From: Syntrophorhabdaceae bacterium
GTDB lineage: Bacteria > Desulfobacterota > Syntrophorhabdia > Syntrophorhabdales > Syntrophorhabdaceae
Assembly: GCA_963665295.1 (NCBI GenBank)
Contig: OY762209.1
Coordinates: forward strand, 992,001 to 1,056,000
Reading direction: 5' to 3'
Length of the DNA: 64,000 bases
Part shown: one piece after another, positions 48,967-59,283 of the stretch
How positions within the stretch are numbered: the stretch's first letter is position 1
Layout of the letters: every line of letters begins with the position of its first letter
Notes under the pieces: model-generated
The model's database searches: none
Told to the model about the DNA's origin: nothing
What the model saw: the letters and a program-made list of their open reading frames with translations, nothing else
Position numbers and translations under genes: made by a program

Positions 48967-51900
48967 TTAACGATCGAGGACCTGCCTTACCTTCTTGAGT
49001 AATTCGATGGGGGTCACAGGCTTGGACAGAAAATCGAACCTCCTGTCTTCTATGCCCTTGTCGAGGATAATATCCTTTGTGTATCCGCTCATAAAGAAGA
49101 CCTTCACCTCGGGGTTTATGGTCGCTATCTCGTCGTAGGCGGCCCTCCCGTTCTTCCCCGGCATGACGGAGTCGAGGATGAGGAGGTCGATTACGCTCTT
49201 GTTGAGGCCGAACTTCTCCACTGCCTCGTTCCCGTCAGCCGCCTCGATCACGTTATATCCATACCTGGCGAGAACCTCTCTTATAAGCCGCCGCACCTCC
49301 TCGTTGTCCTCCGCGAGAAGGATGGTCTCTTTGCCATGGGCGATCTCCTCCGGGACGGGCAGTTCCACCGGGGCCGGGATGTCCACCACGGGGAAGTATA
49401 TGTGAAACGTGGTCCCCATGTTCGGCTCGCTGTACACGGTAATGTACCCGTCGTGCTGCGTAACGATGCCGTAAACAGTGGAAAGCCCGAGGCCCGTGCC
49501 TTTGCCCACCTCTTTCGTGGTGAAGAAGGGCTCGAAGACCCTGTTCCGCGTCTTTTTGTCCATGCCCACTCCCGTATCGGAAACCGAGAGGACGGCATAT
49601 TTCCCGGGCCTGTCGATCCCGTAAGTCCCCACGGATTCCCGGTCGAGGTCAATGGCCCTTGTCCTGATAGTCAGGGCGCCGCCCCGCGGCATGGCGTCCC
49701 GGGCGTTCGTGGCGAGATTGAAAAGGATCTGGTCCATCTGGGTGGTATCGGCCATTACGATAAGGTCTTCGTCGGAGAGCTCCGTCTTGAGCACCACGTC
49801 CTCGGTAAGCAGCCTCTTGAGGAGGCTCGTCGTTCCTCTCAGGACATCGTTTATGTTGACGGGGCTCAGGCTAAGGGGTTGCTGCCTGCTGAAGGCGAGG
49901 AGGCTCCCGGTAAGGCCTGCGGCCTTCTGGGAGGCGGACAGGATATGGGCAACGTAAGTCTGCAAAGGGTCCTCCTTGCCCATCTTCATCTGGAGCAAGG
50001 TCCCGTAACCCGTCATGGTGGTGAGGATATTATTGAAATCGTGGGCCACACCCCCTGCGAGCATTCCTATAGCCTCCATTTTCTGCGACTGGAGAAGCTG
50101 AAACTCGAGGCTTTTCTCCCTCGTAATGTCGATAACGGTTCCCGAGATGGCCGGCCGGCCGTTATAGGTTATGAAGCTCCCGAGTATCTTTAAGGTAATT
50201 ACCCTTCCGTCTTTTCTGATCGCTCTGTGCGAATACTCGATATTGGGCACTTCACCGGTGATGCGCTTTCTGATGTTATCTTCCACGAACTTCTTGTCTT
50301 CAGGATGGGTCAGATCAACGGGGCTTACCTTGTCCACAAGCTCCTCGAAGGCGTATCCGTAGATCTCGCAAAAACGCTTATTGAGGAAACGGAACAGGCG
50401 GTCCTGGATGATGTATACGCCGACGATGGAGTTTTCCACGACGGTACGGTATTTCTCCTCCGACTCCAGAAGGGCCTGCTCGGACCGCTTCTGGCTGGTC
50501 ACATCAACTGCGGTAAAGACCAGTCCCGCGGAAATGTCCTTCGGGTCGATGGCCGCCCCTCTCAGGTGTACATCCCTTGTTTCTCCGTTCTTGTGGACCC
50601 ACTTCGTGTCGGTAATACCCACGCCGCCCTTCCTGATCCCACCCCATACGGCCCTGCCGACGCGGGCATACTCCTCGTCCGAGGCATAGAAGAGCCGGGC
50701 GCCCTTCTCCTTCTGCTCCTGACTCGTGTAGCCCGTGATGGAGGTCATGCCCTCGTTCACCCATCCGGGCATCCTCTCTACGTTGGTAATGACGATGCCC
50801 ACCGGGGCGGCCGAGAAAACGGACCTCAGGGTGGCCTCGCTTCTTCTCAACGCCTGCTCCGCGTGTTTTCTCTCCGTAATGTCTTCCGCGGTGCCTTCGT
50901 AGCAGATAGTCTTCCCCTTCTCATCGGCAACCGCGTGGGCGTTCATGCTGATCCACATGGTGCTCCGGTCCTTTCGGTAGAGCTCTATCTCGAAATTCGA
51001 CACAAACCCGTTCTTCTCGTAAAGCTTCTTCAGCCTGATCCTGTCAACGGGATCGACGTACATCTGGCTCTCGATATCGGCGACGCTGTTCAACAGTTCC
51101 TCAGCCGAACCGTATCCGTACATCCTCGCAAGGGCGGGGTTCGCGCTCAGGAAACGTCCTTCCGGCGTGGATTGGAATATGCCCTCCACCGCGTTTTCGA
51201 AGATGTTGCGGTATTTTTCCTCGCTTTTCTTCAGCGCTTCCTCCGCGCGCTTGTGTTCGGTCACGTTCCTCAGGTACGCCAGGGTTGCGGGGGCCCGCCG
51301 GTATATGATGCTTGTCGCCGTCACCTCGATGTCGATGGGGGTCCCATCCCTCCTCCGCCCCCTGAAGGCGTATCCCTGAGGGTCCGAGTCGCCCCCCTGC
51401 CTCCGGGAGTCTATGTCCTTCACCCATGTCACGTCTTCAGCGCCCACCACCACGGAAAGGGGTATTCCTGTAATCTCCGCAGGGCTGCCGTATCCGAACA
51501 TTTCGACAAACCTCCGGTTTACGTAGAGCGGCTCTTCTCCCTTCAGCAGCACAATCCCATCGTTCGAACTTTCTATGGCGACCCGGTAACGTTCCTCGCT
51601 TTCCTTGAGGGCACGCTCCGTCCTCCTGCGCTCCGTAACGTCCTCCAGGGTACCCTCGTAGCGGACCACCCTTCCGCCAGGGGTCCGGACAGCCCGGGCA
51701 TTCACCCGGGCCCAGAAGATGCTCCCGTTCTTTCGCTGGAACCGGACCTCGAAGGTCCTCGCAAGGTCCTCCTCGAGAAGAAGCTTCTCGAAGACCTCCC
51801 GGTCTTCTTTCTCCACATAAAGCTGGGACGGAATATCGGTGATGGTGGAAACCATGTCTTCCGGAGAGGCGTATCCCGCCATTTGGGCGAAGGCGGCGTT

Positions 51901-52917
51901 TACCGTGGTGAACCGTCCTTCAGGGTTTGACTGGAACATGCCCAGGATCGAGTGGTCGAAAATGTTACGGTATTTCTCTTCACTCTGCCGGAGGGCCTCC
52001 TCCGCCTCCTTACGGGACGATATATCTTCCGCCGTCCCGTCGTAGTATATGATCTTCCCGTCCGCATCCTTCGCGGTACGGACGTTTATGGAGACCCACA
52101 CCTTGCTCCTGTCCTTCCTGTAGAACTGGGTCTCGAACCGTTCCACAAAACCTTCCCGTTCCATAAGTTCACGGACCCTCGCCCGGTCTTCGGGATTGAC
52201 ATAAAGTTGGGATCCCACGTGGCTGATGCTCTCCGTCAGTTCTCGGGCAGTGTCATATCCGTAAATCCTCGCAAGGGCAAGATTGGAACTCAACAGGGAC
52301 CCGTCCGGCGCGGTCCGGAAGATGCCGAGCACGGCGTTTTCGAAGATATTGCGGTATCTGGTCTCGCTCTCCGCCAGGGCCGCCTCCGCAGTCTTCTGCT
52401 CCGTTATATCTTCGAGGGTCTCGATGGCCCCTATTGTTTCCCCTGCGGGGTCCCTTATGGCCGCCGCGGTCAGGTAGAACCACTTCACCTCCCCGCCGGT
52501 CATGACGTAAGAGCCCACTCCCTCAAAAGCATCGTCCGTAAATCGTGATTTCTCGTACCGCTCGGTGTACTCCCCGGTAGTGGCCTTCCCCTTCCGGTCC
52601 ACGAGGAAGTCGGCAAGGCACGGGGTCTCTTCCCGGTAAAAGGGTTTCCAGTGATCCTTCGTTCCCATCACATCCCGGGCGCTCATGCCCGTGACCGCCT
52701 CCAGGGCCCTGTTCCAGAGGACCACCTTGTGGTCTTTGTCGATAATAAACTGGGGGATGGGCGATCGGTCTATCACCAGACGGTTGACCAGACGGTCTGC
52801 GCCGCCGGAGGAGACCGGCGCCTCCGCGCCTCCCTCGGTCGCCCTATTCCCCCGTTTCGCACGAAGTTCCATGAGTTCCGTGATAAGCTCTTCACGTGTT
52901 TTATCTTCGTCCCTCAT
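48967..52917 (-). CDS. Cytoplasmic multi-PAS hybrid histidine kinase / response regulator
   Basis: About 7 PAS/PAC modules, AGGVAHDFNN H-box, NARDAM, FFTTK, GTGLGL, C-terminal receiver domain. Confidence 0.93.
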   Translation of the reverse strand: MRDEDKTREELITELMELRAKRGNRATEGGAEAPVSSGGADRLVNRLVIDRSPIPQFIIDKDHKVVLWNRALEAVTGMSARDVMGTKDHWKPFYREETPCLADFLVDRKGKATTGEYTERYEKSRFTDDAFEGVGSYVMTGGEVKWFYLTAAAIRDPAGETIGAIETLEDITEQKTAEAALAESETRYRNIFENAVLGIFRTAPDGSLLSSNLALARIYGYDTARELTESISHVGSQLYVNPEDRARVRELMEREGFVERFETQFYRKDRSKVWVSINVRTAKDADGKIIYYDGTAEDISSRKEAEEALRQSEEKYRNIFDHSILGMFQSNPEGRFTTVNAAFAQMAGYASPEDMVSTITDIPSQLYVEKEDREVFEKLLLEEDLARTFEVRFQRKNGSIFWARVNARAVRTPGGRVVRYEGTLEDVTERRRTERALKESEERYRVAIESSNDGIVLLKGEEPLYVNRRFVEMFGYGSPAEITGIPLSVVVGAEDVTWVKDIDSRRQGGDSDPQGYAFRGRRRDGTPIDIEVTATSIIYRRAPATLAYLRNVTEHKRAEEALKKSEEKYRNIFENAVEGIFQSTPEGRFLSANPALARMYGYGSAEELLNSVADIESQMYVDPVDRIRLKKLYEKNGFVSNFEIELYRKDRSTMWISMNAHAVADEKGKTICYEGTAEDITERKHAEQALRRSEATLRSVFSAAPVGIVITNVERMPGWVNEGMTSITGYTSQEQKEKGARLFYASDEEYARVGRAVWGGIRKGGVGITDTKWVHKNGETRDVHLRGAAIDPKDISAGLVFTAVDVTSQKRSEQALLESEEKYRTVVENSIVGVYIIQDRLFRFLNKRFCEIYGYAFEELVDKVSPVDLTHPEDKKFVEDNIRKRITGEVPNIEYSHRAIRKDGRVITLKILGSFITYNGRPAISGTVIDITREKSLEFQLLQSQKMEAIGMLAGGVAHDFNNILTTMTGYGTLLQMKMGKEDPLQTYVAHILSASQKAAGLTGSLLAFSRQQPLSLSPVNINDVLRGTTSLLKRLLTEDVVLKTELSDEDLIVMADTTQMDQILFNLATNARDAMPRGGALTIRTRAIDLDRESVGTYGIDRPGKYAVLSVSDTGVGMDKKTRNRVFEPFFTTKEVGKGTGLGLSTVYGIVTQHDGYITVYSEPNMGTTFHIYFPVVDIPAPVELPVPEEIAHGKETILLAEDNEEVRRLIREVLARYGYNVIEAADGNEAVEKFGLNKSVIDLLILDSVMPGKNGRAAYDEIATINPEVKVFFMSGYTKDIILDKGIEDRRFDFLSKPVTPIELLKKVRQVLDR

Positions 52918-53086
52918 TGCCCGTCCCCTGTGCCTGCCATTAGACTTGATAAGATTATACTATATTTTTGGGATTTGTGGGACCTGACAAGGACCCTTTG
53001 CAGAATACCTTTGTTCCATGGTGCTTGCCGGAACGGGAGGCGGCACGACTGTGTCGCCCCTATTTGCCGAGGGATGAAATACATAA

Positions 53087-53117
53087 CGCCCCTGCGCGTT
53101 GCTGCCTCGCAGGGGCG
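53087..53117 (-). terminator. Hairpin after the lipoprotein gene
   Basis: CGCCCCTGCG...CGCAGGGGCG 10-bp stem. Confidence 0.5.
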
Positions 53118-53148
53118 GTTTCGTTTTGAACTGGGGAAGCCCCGCAGC

Positions 53149-54399
53149 CTAATCCTTTTTCAGATACACCAGGTCCGTGGGCGAGAAATTTCCCCCCTTG
53201 ACCGATGTAGCCCAGGACGCGTCGACTCCGAAGAGTTCCGATACCTTGAGTTCCCCTTTATAGGTCCCCTTGGTCTTGCCCAGAGGCATGCGGGTCTTTG
53301 AATCAATGATCTGCTCCCCGGGGGAGTAGACTTCGAGAATGGCGTCTTTATCGAGGCCCGACTGTCTGCCTGCGTTGATGTAAACCTTGCCGTTTTCCAG
53401 GGATGCGATCCTTGCATGCCAGTCGATGGTGAGGATGCTCTTAAGAAGGTCATCCGCAATAATCTCGATGGACAGGTCTATGGCCCTTATCTTCGCCTTC
53501 TCGGTGGAAAGGTCTCCCTTCTCCCTGGAGAGGAATACGGGATTTCTTCCGGAGAGCTGTTTAAGTATGGTCCCTGTCTCCGTATTGTAGACCTCGAGGC
53601 CCATCTTCGATATGGCGAATGAGGTCTCTCTGTCGTCTTTCCCTTCTATCTTGGAAGTGCTCGTGAAGATATCGGAGAGAGTACCCTTCAACACTGCCTG
53701 CACCCCGTAGACCTCGTTCAAAACCTTCATGTTCGCAGGGTCGGTGAGAGAACCCTTGAGGTTCGTGGTTCCGGGGTCGATGCAGATAATGGCGTTCGTA
53801 TTCTCCAGCCGAGAGATGAGTCTCCTTGTGGCGAGTTCTCCCAGGTGCTCTGTCTTGTAATTCGTCTGGTCCGTGATGGGAAGGACGATGACCCGCCTTT
53901 TCATCTTGGGTGACGGGTAGGTGAAGGAAAGCATGGGAGTAGGCATGTATCCCATTCCCGCGGGAAGGGAACCCATCTGCGCGGGGTAGGCCATCTGGGG
54001 GGCAATGCCCTTCTTCCTGTAGTCTTCTTCGAGTTTGGCGAGACGCGCTTCAAGTTCTTCCCTATCCTTCTTGGTGCTCCCTGTGACCGCCGACATGACC
54101 GTCTCTCCGAGACCCGGCACATACTGGTCTTTTCTGACCCATACATATTCCGGCTCGTAGGGGGTGAGCATGTACTTCTTGTTGCGGGTGTAGATGTATT
54201 CTATGCCGTCCAGGACCTTTATGTCGCCCGCCTTGGGTTCCGCCACATCGACGCGCTCAACCTTCTCTTCCTTTGTGGCAGAAGCCGCTTTTGTCGCCTC
54301 CGGCTTCTTCACCGTGGTATCTGTTTTCTTGTTCATGAAGGGTATGTAACTACACGAGAAAACGGAGAAAGCGAGGGAAATGATTATGAGTTTTTTCAT
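53149..54399 (-). CDS. Lipoprotein with CsgG/FlgT-like C-terminal domains
   Basis: Lipobox VFSC; KRRVIVLP; VYINAGRQSGL...LEVY...PLG resembles the tail of the 26589 protein. Confidence 0.6.
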   Translation of the reverse strand: MKKLIIISLAFSVFSCSYIPFMNKKTDTTVKKPEATKAASATKEEKVERVDVAEPKAGDIKVLDGIEYIYTRNKKYMLTPYEPEYVWVRKDQYVPGLGETVMSAVTGSTKKDREELEARLAKLEEDYRKKGIAPQMAYPAQMGSLPAGMGYMPTPMLSFTYPSPKMKRRVIVLPITDQTNYKTEHLGELATRRLISRLENTNAIICIDPGTTNLKGSLTDPANMKVLNEVYGVQAVLKGTLSDIFTSTSKIEGKDDRETSFAISKMGLEVYNTETGTILKQLSGRNPVFLSREKGDLSTEKAKIRAIDLSIEIIADDLLKSILTIDWHARIASLENGKVYINAGRQSGLDKDAILEVYSPGEQIIDSKTRMPLGKTKGTYKGELKVSELFGVDASWATSVKGGNFSPTDLVYLKKD

Positions 54400-54527
54400 C
54401 ACGTGATTATAATCCATATCGTTTCATAAAGTCAAACCACCTGTAATGGGTTATTTGTTCAGGTTCGCTAAGTTCCGCATTCGATTCACGGAGAGTTGGG
54501 CTTCCATCATCCTTGGATTGGGTTATC

Positions 54528-54599
54528 TGGAGGTGGCGGGAATCGAACCCGCGACCCCCTCGTTGCGAACGAGATGCTCTCCCTCTGAGCTACACCCCC
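54528..54599 (-). tRNA. tRNA-Ala(CGC)
   Basis: GGGGGTGTAGCTCAG...TCTCG-TTCGCAA-CGAGG...GGTTCGATTCC...CACCTCCA; G3:U70 pair; CCA not encoded. Confidence 0.95.
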
Positions 54600-54676
54600 T
54601 GATTAGCCACTATAATAGTATGTTCTCTATGCAAATGGCAAGGTTTTTCTTCAGTGCCCTTTTCACCGGCGCCTGT

Positions 54677-55036
54677 CTATAGGTTAAGTATATTCTTTAT
54701 TGTCTGTTTCAACTCTCCCGTATCGGCCGACTTCACCACATACCCATCCGAGACCCAGCTCGAAAAATCCTGCTTGAACTCCCCGTAAGCGGAGCAAAGG
54801 ATCACGGGTTGGTCTTTGTTCTTGTTCTTGATTTCGTTCAGGACCTGTATGCCGTTCATGCCCGGCATCTTTATGTCCAATATGATGAGATCGAAGGTCC
54901 CGGCTGCGGCCTTTTCTATGGCCTCGAGCCCGTTTGAGGCGAGGTCGACTTCGTAGCCCTCGTCTTCAAGTTCCTCCTTGAAAAGAATTCTTATGTTCTC
55001 CTCATCATCAACGACCAAAAGCCTTACAGTTTTCAT
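54677..55036 (-). CDS. Single-domain response regulator
   Basis: LVVDDE, LDIKMP, CSAY, VKS. Confidence 0.92.
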   Translation of the reverse strand: MKTVRLLVVDDEENIRILFKEELEDEGYEVDLASNGLEAIEKAAAGTFDLIILDIKMPGMNGIQVLNEIKNKNKDQPVILCSAYGEFKQDFSSWVSDGYVVKSADTGELKQTIKNILNL

Positions 55037-56763
55037 AAAAACTCCTCTGCTATTATATTATTTTGTATGGGGAGATACACCACAAATGTTACGCCCTTCC
55101 CGACCTCGTTCTTTATGTCGAGCCGGCCGTTGTGATTCATGACGATCTTGTTCGATATGGCAAGTCCCAGACCGGTGCCCCTTTCCTTTGTGGTGAAGAA
55201 GGGATTGAAGATGTTGTCCATAATGGCAGGGTCGATTCCTCCTCCCGTATCCGAGATGGAAGCGGACAGGAACCTTTTTCCGTCCACCGATGTCTCGCCC
55301 GTCTCTATGGCTATCTTTCCCTTTCCGTCCATCGCTTCGAAGGCGTTGATCAGGATGTTGATGAGAACCTGCTTGATCTGCTGGCTGTCGCACAATACGG
55401 CGGGCAGATTGTCCCCGTACTTCCTTTCTATCCTTATGTCCTTCCACGTGCTGTCCGGCGTGAAGAGGGAGAGCACTTCATCGAGGGAGGCGTTGATGTC
55501 GCAGGCCCCGGTGAGCACGGGGCTCTCCTTCACGTAACTCAGGATCTCGTTGAGAATTGCCTCGAGGCGCGTCACTTCCTTCAGGATGATCTCCACATAC
55601 CTGCTTTCCGGTTGGTCGAGGTGGGCTTTCTTGGCAAGCCTTTTTGTAAACCCCCCGATGATGACCAGGGGGTTCTTGATTTCGTGGGCGATATTCGCCG
55701 TCATCTCTCCCAGGCTTTTCAGTTTCTCCTGCTCGATGAGCCTTTTCTGGGCGTCGCTCAGCTCCCTGACCACGTCCCTCAGCCGCCTGTTGAGGAGCGT
55801 GTTTTCGAGCCCGTTGGACATGTAGTTGGATATGGTGTTGATGAGGGACCCTCCGTCCTCTTCCGCCACAAAGTACTGCACCTTTGTGGCGCCCATGGTG
55901 ATTGTTCCGATGACCCGGTTTCTCGACAGCATGGGTGAGGTGTGGAGGAAAAACTTGAGAGAGTCCTCTTCATCCTCGGAAAGGCTGTCCTTCAGGGACA
56001 GGGATTTCCTGCCCTTCGCGGAATCCAGCTCCAGGTTGTTGACATAGGCCATTGTCCTGGCGTCTATGGTCCCGTAGGTGAACCTCTGCGAGCCCAGCCT
56101 GAGAAAAGGATACTCCAGCTTGATCGTGACGAATCGGGCGTTAAGGGCCTTGGCGATAATGAGGACGATGGTCTTCAACAACTCCTGCGGCTCCACATCC
56201 GACGTGAGGACCTTGCCGATCTCCGACAGGGTGGCAAGCTCGCTGATCCTTTTCTTGGACTCGAGAATAAGGGAATAGGTGCGAAGGACCCCCCCTATCT
56301 CCCTCGAAAGTATGGCAAGGAGTATCTTGTCCTGGTCCCTGAGGGTATCGCTTGACGAAACCGCCACCAGGACGCCATGGAGGTAACTGTCGTCCGAGAG
56401 GGGCAGGAAGGCGAAGGTCTTGAACTTCGCGGCAAGGCCGTTGAGGTCCGGGTAGAAAAGACAGCCGAACCTCGGCGGGACGTCCCGGGACGTGAAGTAC
56501 TGGGGCGCTCTTCTCTGGGCCACTCCCCCTATGACACCCTCCCCTATGTGGCACCTGTATTTGCTCAGGATCTTGAAGAGGGCGCTTTTATCGTTCATGA
56601 AACGGCACGTAAGCCTTTTGTCCTGATCGAGGGTATAGACGATAACGTCCTCGAAACCCATCCGCTGGGATATGATGTTGAGAATGGCTTTAATCCGGGA
56701 AGATATCTCCAGGTTGGAGTGGGATATCTCTATTACCTTTCCGAAGAGGTCAATGTGGTTCAT
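55033..56763 (-). CDS. GAF-domain sensor histidine kinase
   Basis: GAF motif GEGVIGGVA; AHEIKNPL, NAFEAM, FFTTK, GTGLGL. Confidence 0.92.
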   Translation of the reverse strand: MNHIDLFGKVIEISHSNLEISSRIKAILNIISQRMGFEDVIVYTLDQDKRLTCRFMNDKSALFKILSKYRCHIGEGVIGGVAQRRAPQYFTSRDVPPRFGCLFYPDLNGLAAKFKTFAFLPLSDDSYLHGVLVAVSSSDTLRDQDKILLAILSREIGGVLRTYSLILESKKRISELATLSEIGKVLTSDVEPQELLKTIVLIIAKALNARFVTIKLEYPFLRLGSQRFTYGTIDARTMAYVNNLELDSAKGRKSLSLKDSLSEDEEDSLKFFLHTSPMLSRNRVIGTITMGATKVQYFVAEEDGGSLINTISNYMSNGLENTLLNRRLRDVVRELSDAQKRLIEQEKLKSLGEMTANIAHEIKNPLVIIGGFTKRLAKKAHLDQPESRYVEIILKEVTRLEAILNEILSYVKESPVLTGACDINASLDEVLSLFTPDSTWKDIRIERKYGDNLPAVLCDSQQIKQVLINILINAFEAMDGKGKIAIETGETSVDGKRFLSASISDTGGGIDPAIMDNIFNPFFTTKERGTGLGLAISNKIVMNHNGRLDIKNEVGKGVTFVVYLPIQNNIIAEEFL

Positions 56764-58207
56764 GGGCGCTCATGGCTCTATGGTAAAGTTCGAGGTACTC
56801 CTTCGCGGACCTTTCCCATGAGAAATCGGCTTCCATGCATCTTGCCATGAGAGACTTCCACTGGTCCCCGTTTCCGTACACCGTGAGGGCGCGGACAAGG
56901 GCGTCGAGCATGGCCTTCTTTGTATAATCGTAAAACTTGAAACCCGTTCCTCTGTCGGACTCCGAGGTATAATCGATTATTGTGTCTTCCAGGCCACCCA
57001 CACCCCTCACCACGGGAACAGTCCCGTACTTGAGGCTGTAAAGCTGGTTCAACCCGCACGGTTCGTACCTTGAAGGCATGAGGAACATATCCGCGCCCGC
57101 CTCGATCAGGTGGGCAAGGCTGTTGTCATAGGCGATCTTGATGGAGAAGGACCGCGGGAATGCCTTTGCCAGCTCGGTGAACAGTTCGTGGTACTTTCTT
57201 TCGCCGGTGCCGAGGATTATGTACTGGGCGCCGAGACCTACCATTTCCTCCAGGCTCGCGGCGATGAGGTCAAAACCCTTCTGGTCGGCAAGCCTCGATA
57301 TGGTGGCGATAAGGGGGGTCCCCTCCTCCTGGGGTAAGCCGAAGGCCTCCTGGAGCGCCCTCTTGCATACGGCCTTGTTCGCCGCGTCCCCGGCGCTGTA
57401 CTTCGCGGGGAGGAACTCGTCCCTTTCGGGGTTCCAGTCCTCGTAGTCTATCCCGTTTATGATCCCGAAGAGGTCCTTTTTCCGGGTACGCAGAATACCG
57501 TCCAGCCCGTAGCCGAACTCCTGGGTCTGTATCTCCTCGCTGTATTTTCTGCTGACCGTGCTTATGATGTCGGAAAAGATGATCCCGCCCTTGAGGAAAT
57601 TGATGTTGCCGAAGAACTCGAGGTAATCGGGGGTAAAGTATTCCCACCCTATATTGAGGAGGTGCATATCGTGGTGCCAGAATATGCCCTGGTAGCCGAG
57701 ATTGTGGATGGTGAATACGGTAGGGATGTTCGCAAGGATCGGGTCGTCTTTGTAGACGGTCTTGAGAAACACTGTTGCGAGGGCCGTTTCCCAGTCATTG
57801 CAGTGGAGCACGTCGGGTACGAACCCCGTGGCCTTTATGGCCTCAAGAATGCTCTTTGAGAAGAATATGAACCTCTCCGCGTTGTCCAGGTAGTCCCCGT
57901 CGGGGGTGCTGTAGAGATAGTCCCTGTAAAAATACTCGTCCTTCTCCACCAGATATGCGGTGACCCCGTCATACCGGCTCTCCACTATCTCGCCTTCCAC
58001 CATGGACTGGGATACCTGACACGAGACCTTGAGGTTCTTATATTCCATGGGGAACTTGTTTTCTTCGATCCCCTTGTGCTTCGGCAGTATTACCCGAACC
58101 TCCGCTCCCAGCTTATTGAGTGCCTTCGGGAGAGCGCCGGTAACGTCGGCAAGGCCGCCTGTCTTCACAAATGGGAATATCTCCGGAGACGCGATCAGCA
58201 CCTTCAT
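56750..58207 (-). CDS. glgA: Glycogen synthase
   Basis: KTGGLADV, HCNDW, TIHNLGYQG, SRLADQKG, PSRYEPCGL; start ATG 58207. Confidence 0.96.
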   Translation of the reverse strand: MKVLIASPEIFPFVKTGGLADVTGALPKALNKLGAEVRVILPKHKGIEENKFPMEYKNLKVSCQVSQSMVEGEIVESRYDGVTAYLVEKDEYFYRDYLYSTPDGDYLDNAERFIFFSKSILEAIKATGFVPDVLHCNDWETALATVFLKTVYKDDPILANIPTVFTIHNLGYQGIFWHHDMHLLNIGWEYFTPDYLEFFGNINFLKGGIIFSDIISTVSRKYSEEIQTQEFGYGLDGILRTRKKDLFGIINGIDYEDWNPERDEFLPAKYSAGDAANKAVCKRALQEAFGLPQEEGTPLIATISRLADQKGFDLIAASLEEMVGLGAQYIILGTGERKYHELFTELAKAFPRSFSIKIAYDNSLAHLIEAGADMFLMPSRYEPCGLNQLYSLKYGTVPVVRGVGGLEDTIIDYTSESDRGTGFKFYDYTKKAMLDALVRALTVYGNGDQWKSLMARCMEADFSWERSAKEYLELYHRAMSAHEPH

Positions 58208-58221
58208 GTGAACCCCCTTCT

Positions 58222-59223
58222 CTATATAGTTGTTTCCCTCAGATACTCGGTAGCTTCTTCGGGCGGAGTAGGATTTATGTAGAAACCGGTCCCCCATTCA
58301 AATCCCGCCATCTTGGTCAGTCTCGGGATGATCTCCATGTGCCAGTGGTAGTGCTGCATCTCGCCGTTCCCGAAGGGCGCCGTATGGATCATAAAGTTGT
58401 ACGGCGGCGAGTTAAGTACCTTGTTGTACTTCCTGAGGATGGTGGAAAGCGCCTCGGCGGCCGCATAGAAGTGGTCCTCCTTCTCTCTCGTCACGAAGTA
58501 AGGCTCATGTTTCTTCGGCAGGATCCAGGTTTCAAAGGGGAACCGGGACGCGTACGGCGAGATGGCCATGAAGTGTGCGTTTTCGAATACGACCCGCACG
58601 CCGTCTTCCTTCTCCTGGGCCATTATATCGCAAAAGATACAGCGGTCTTTATACCGGTAATACGAGAGGCCGCCGTTTATCTCCTCGAGCACCCTCTTGG
58701 GGACGATAGGAAGGGCTATCAACTGCGAGTGCGAGTGGTCAAGGGATGCCCCCGCGATGGAGCCGTGGTTTTTGAAAACCATGACGTACTTGAACCTTTT
58801 GTCTTTTGCGAGGTCGAGCACCCTCTCCTTGTAAGCCACAAACACATTCTCGATTGCTTCCGTCTCCATGCCCGACAGGGTTTCGCCATGGACCGGCGTC
58901 TCGACGATCACCTCGTGGGCGCCGACACCGTTCATCCTGTCATAGAGCCCTATGCCCTGCTTGTCCAACCCGCCCTCGATCCTGAGGGCCGGGAATTTGT
59001 TCGGCACCACCCGGAGCGTCCACCCCGGGGTGTTAGGCGGAGAAAAGTCCCTTCTCACCGCATACAATTCGCCGGGGGTCATATTCTCGTTGCCCGGGCA
59101 GAGAGGGCACATGCCCGCCTTGGGCGGCGGCGCCTCTTCCGTAAAGAACAGTGGTCTCTTTCCTCTTTCTGTGGAAATTATGACCCACCTGTCAATAATT
59201 GGGTCCTTTCTCAACTCAGGCAT
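58222..59223 (-). CDS. galT: GalT-family nucleotidyltransferase
   Basis: ELRKDP, CPLCPGNE, VPNKFPAL, GASLDHSHSQ, YHWHMEI. Confidence 0.9.
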   Translation of the reverse strand: MPELRKDPIIDRWVIISTERGKRPLFFTEEAPPPKAGMCPLCPGNENMTPGELYAVRRDFSPPNTPGWTLRVVPNKFPALRIEGGLDKQGIGLYDRMNGVGAHEVIVETPVHGETLSGMETEAIENVFVAYKERVLDLAKDKRFKYVMVFKNHGSIAGASLDHSHSQLIALPIVPKRVLEEINGGLSYYRYKDRCIFCDIMAQEKEDGVRVVFENAHFMAISPYASRFPFETWILPKKHEPYFVTREKEDHFYAAAEALSTILRKYNKVLNSPPYNFMIHTAPFGNGEMQHYHWHMEIIPRLTKMAGFEWGTGFYINPTPPEEATEYLRETTI

Positions 59224-59283
59224 GCGTCACTCCAAGAAACGATATTTTGACATGGTGCAAACCACGTGGTAAGACATTTCCCG

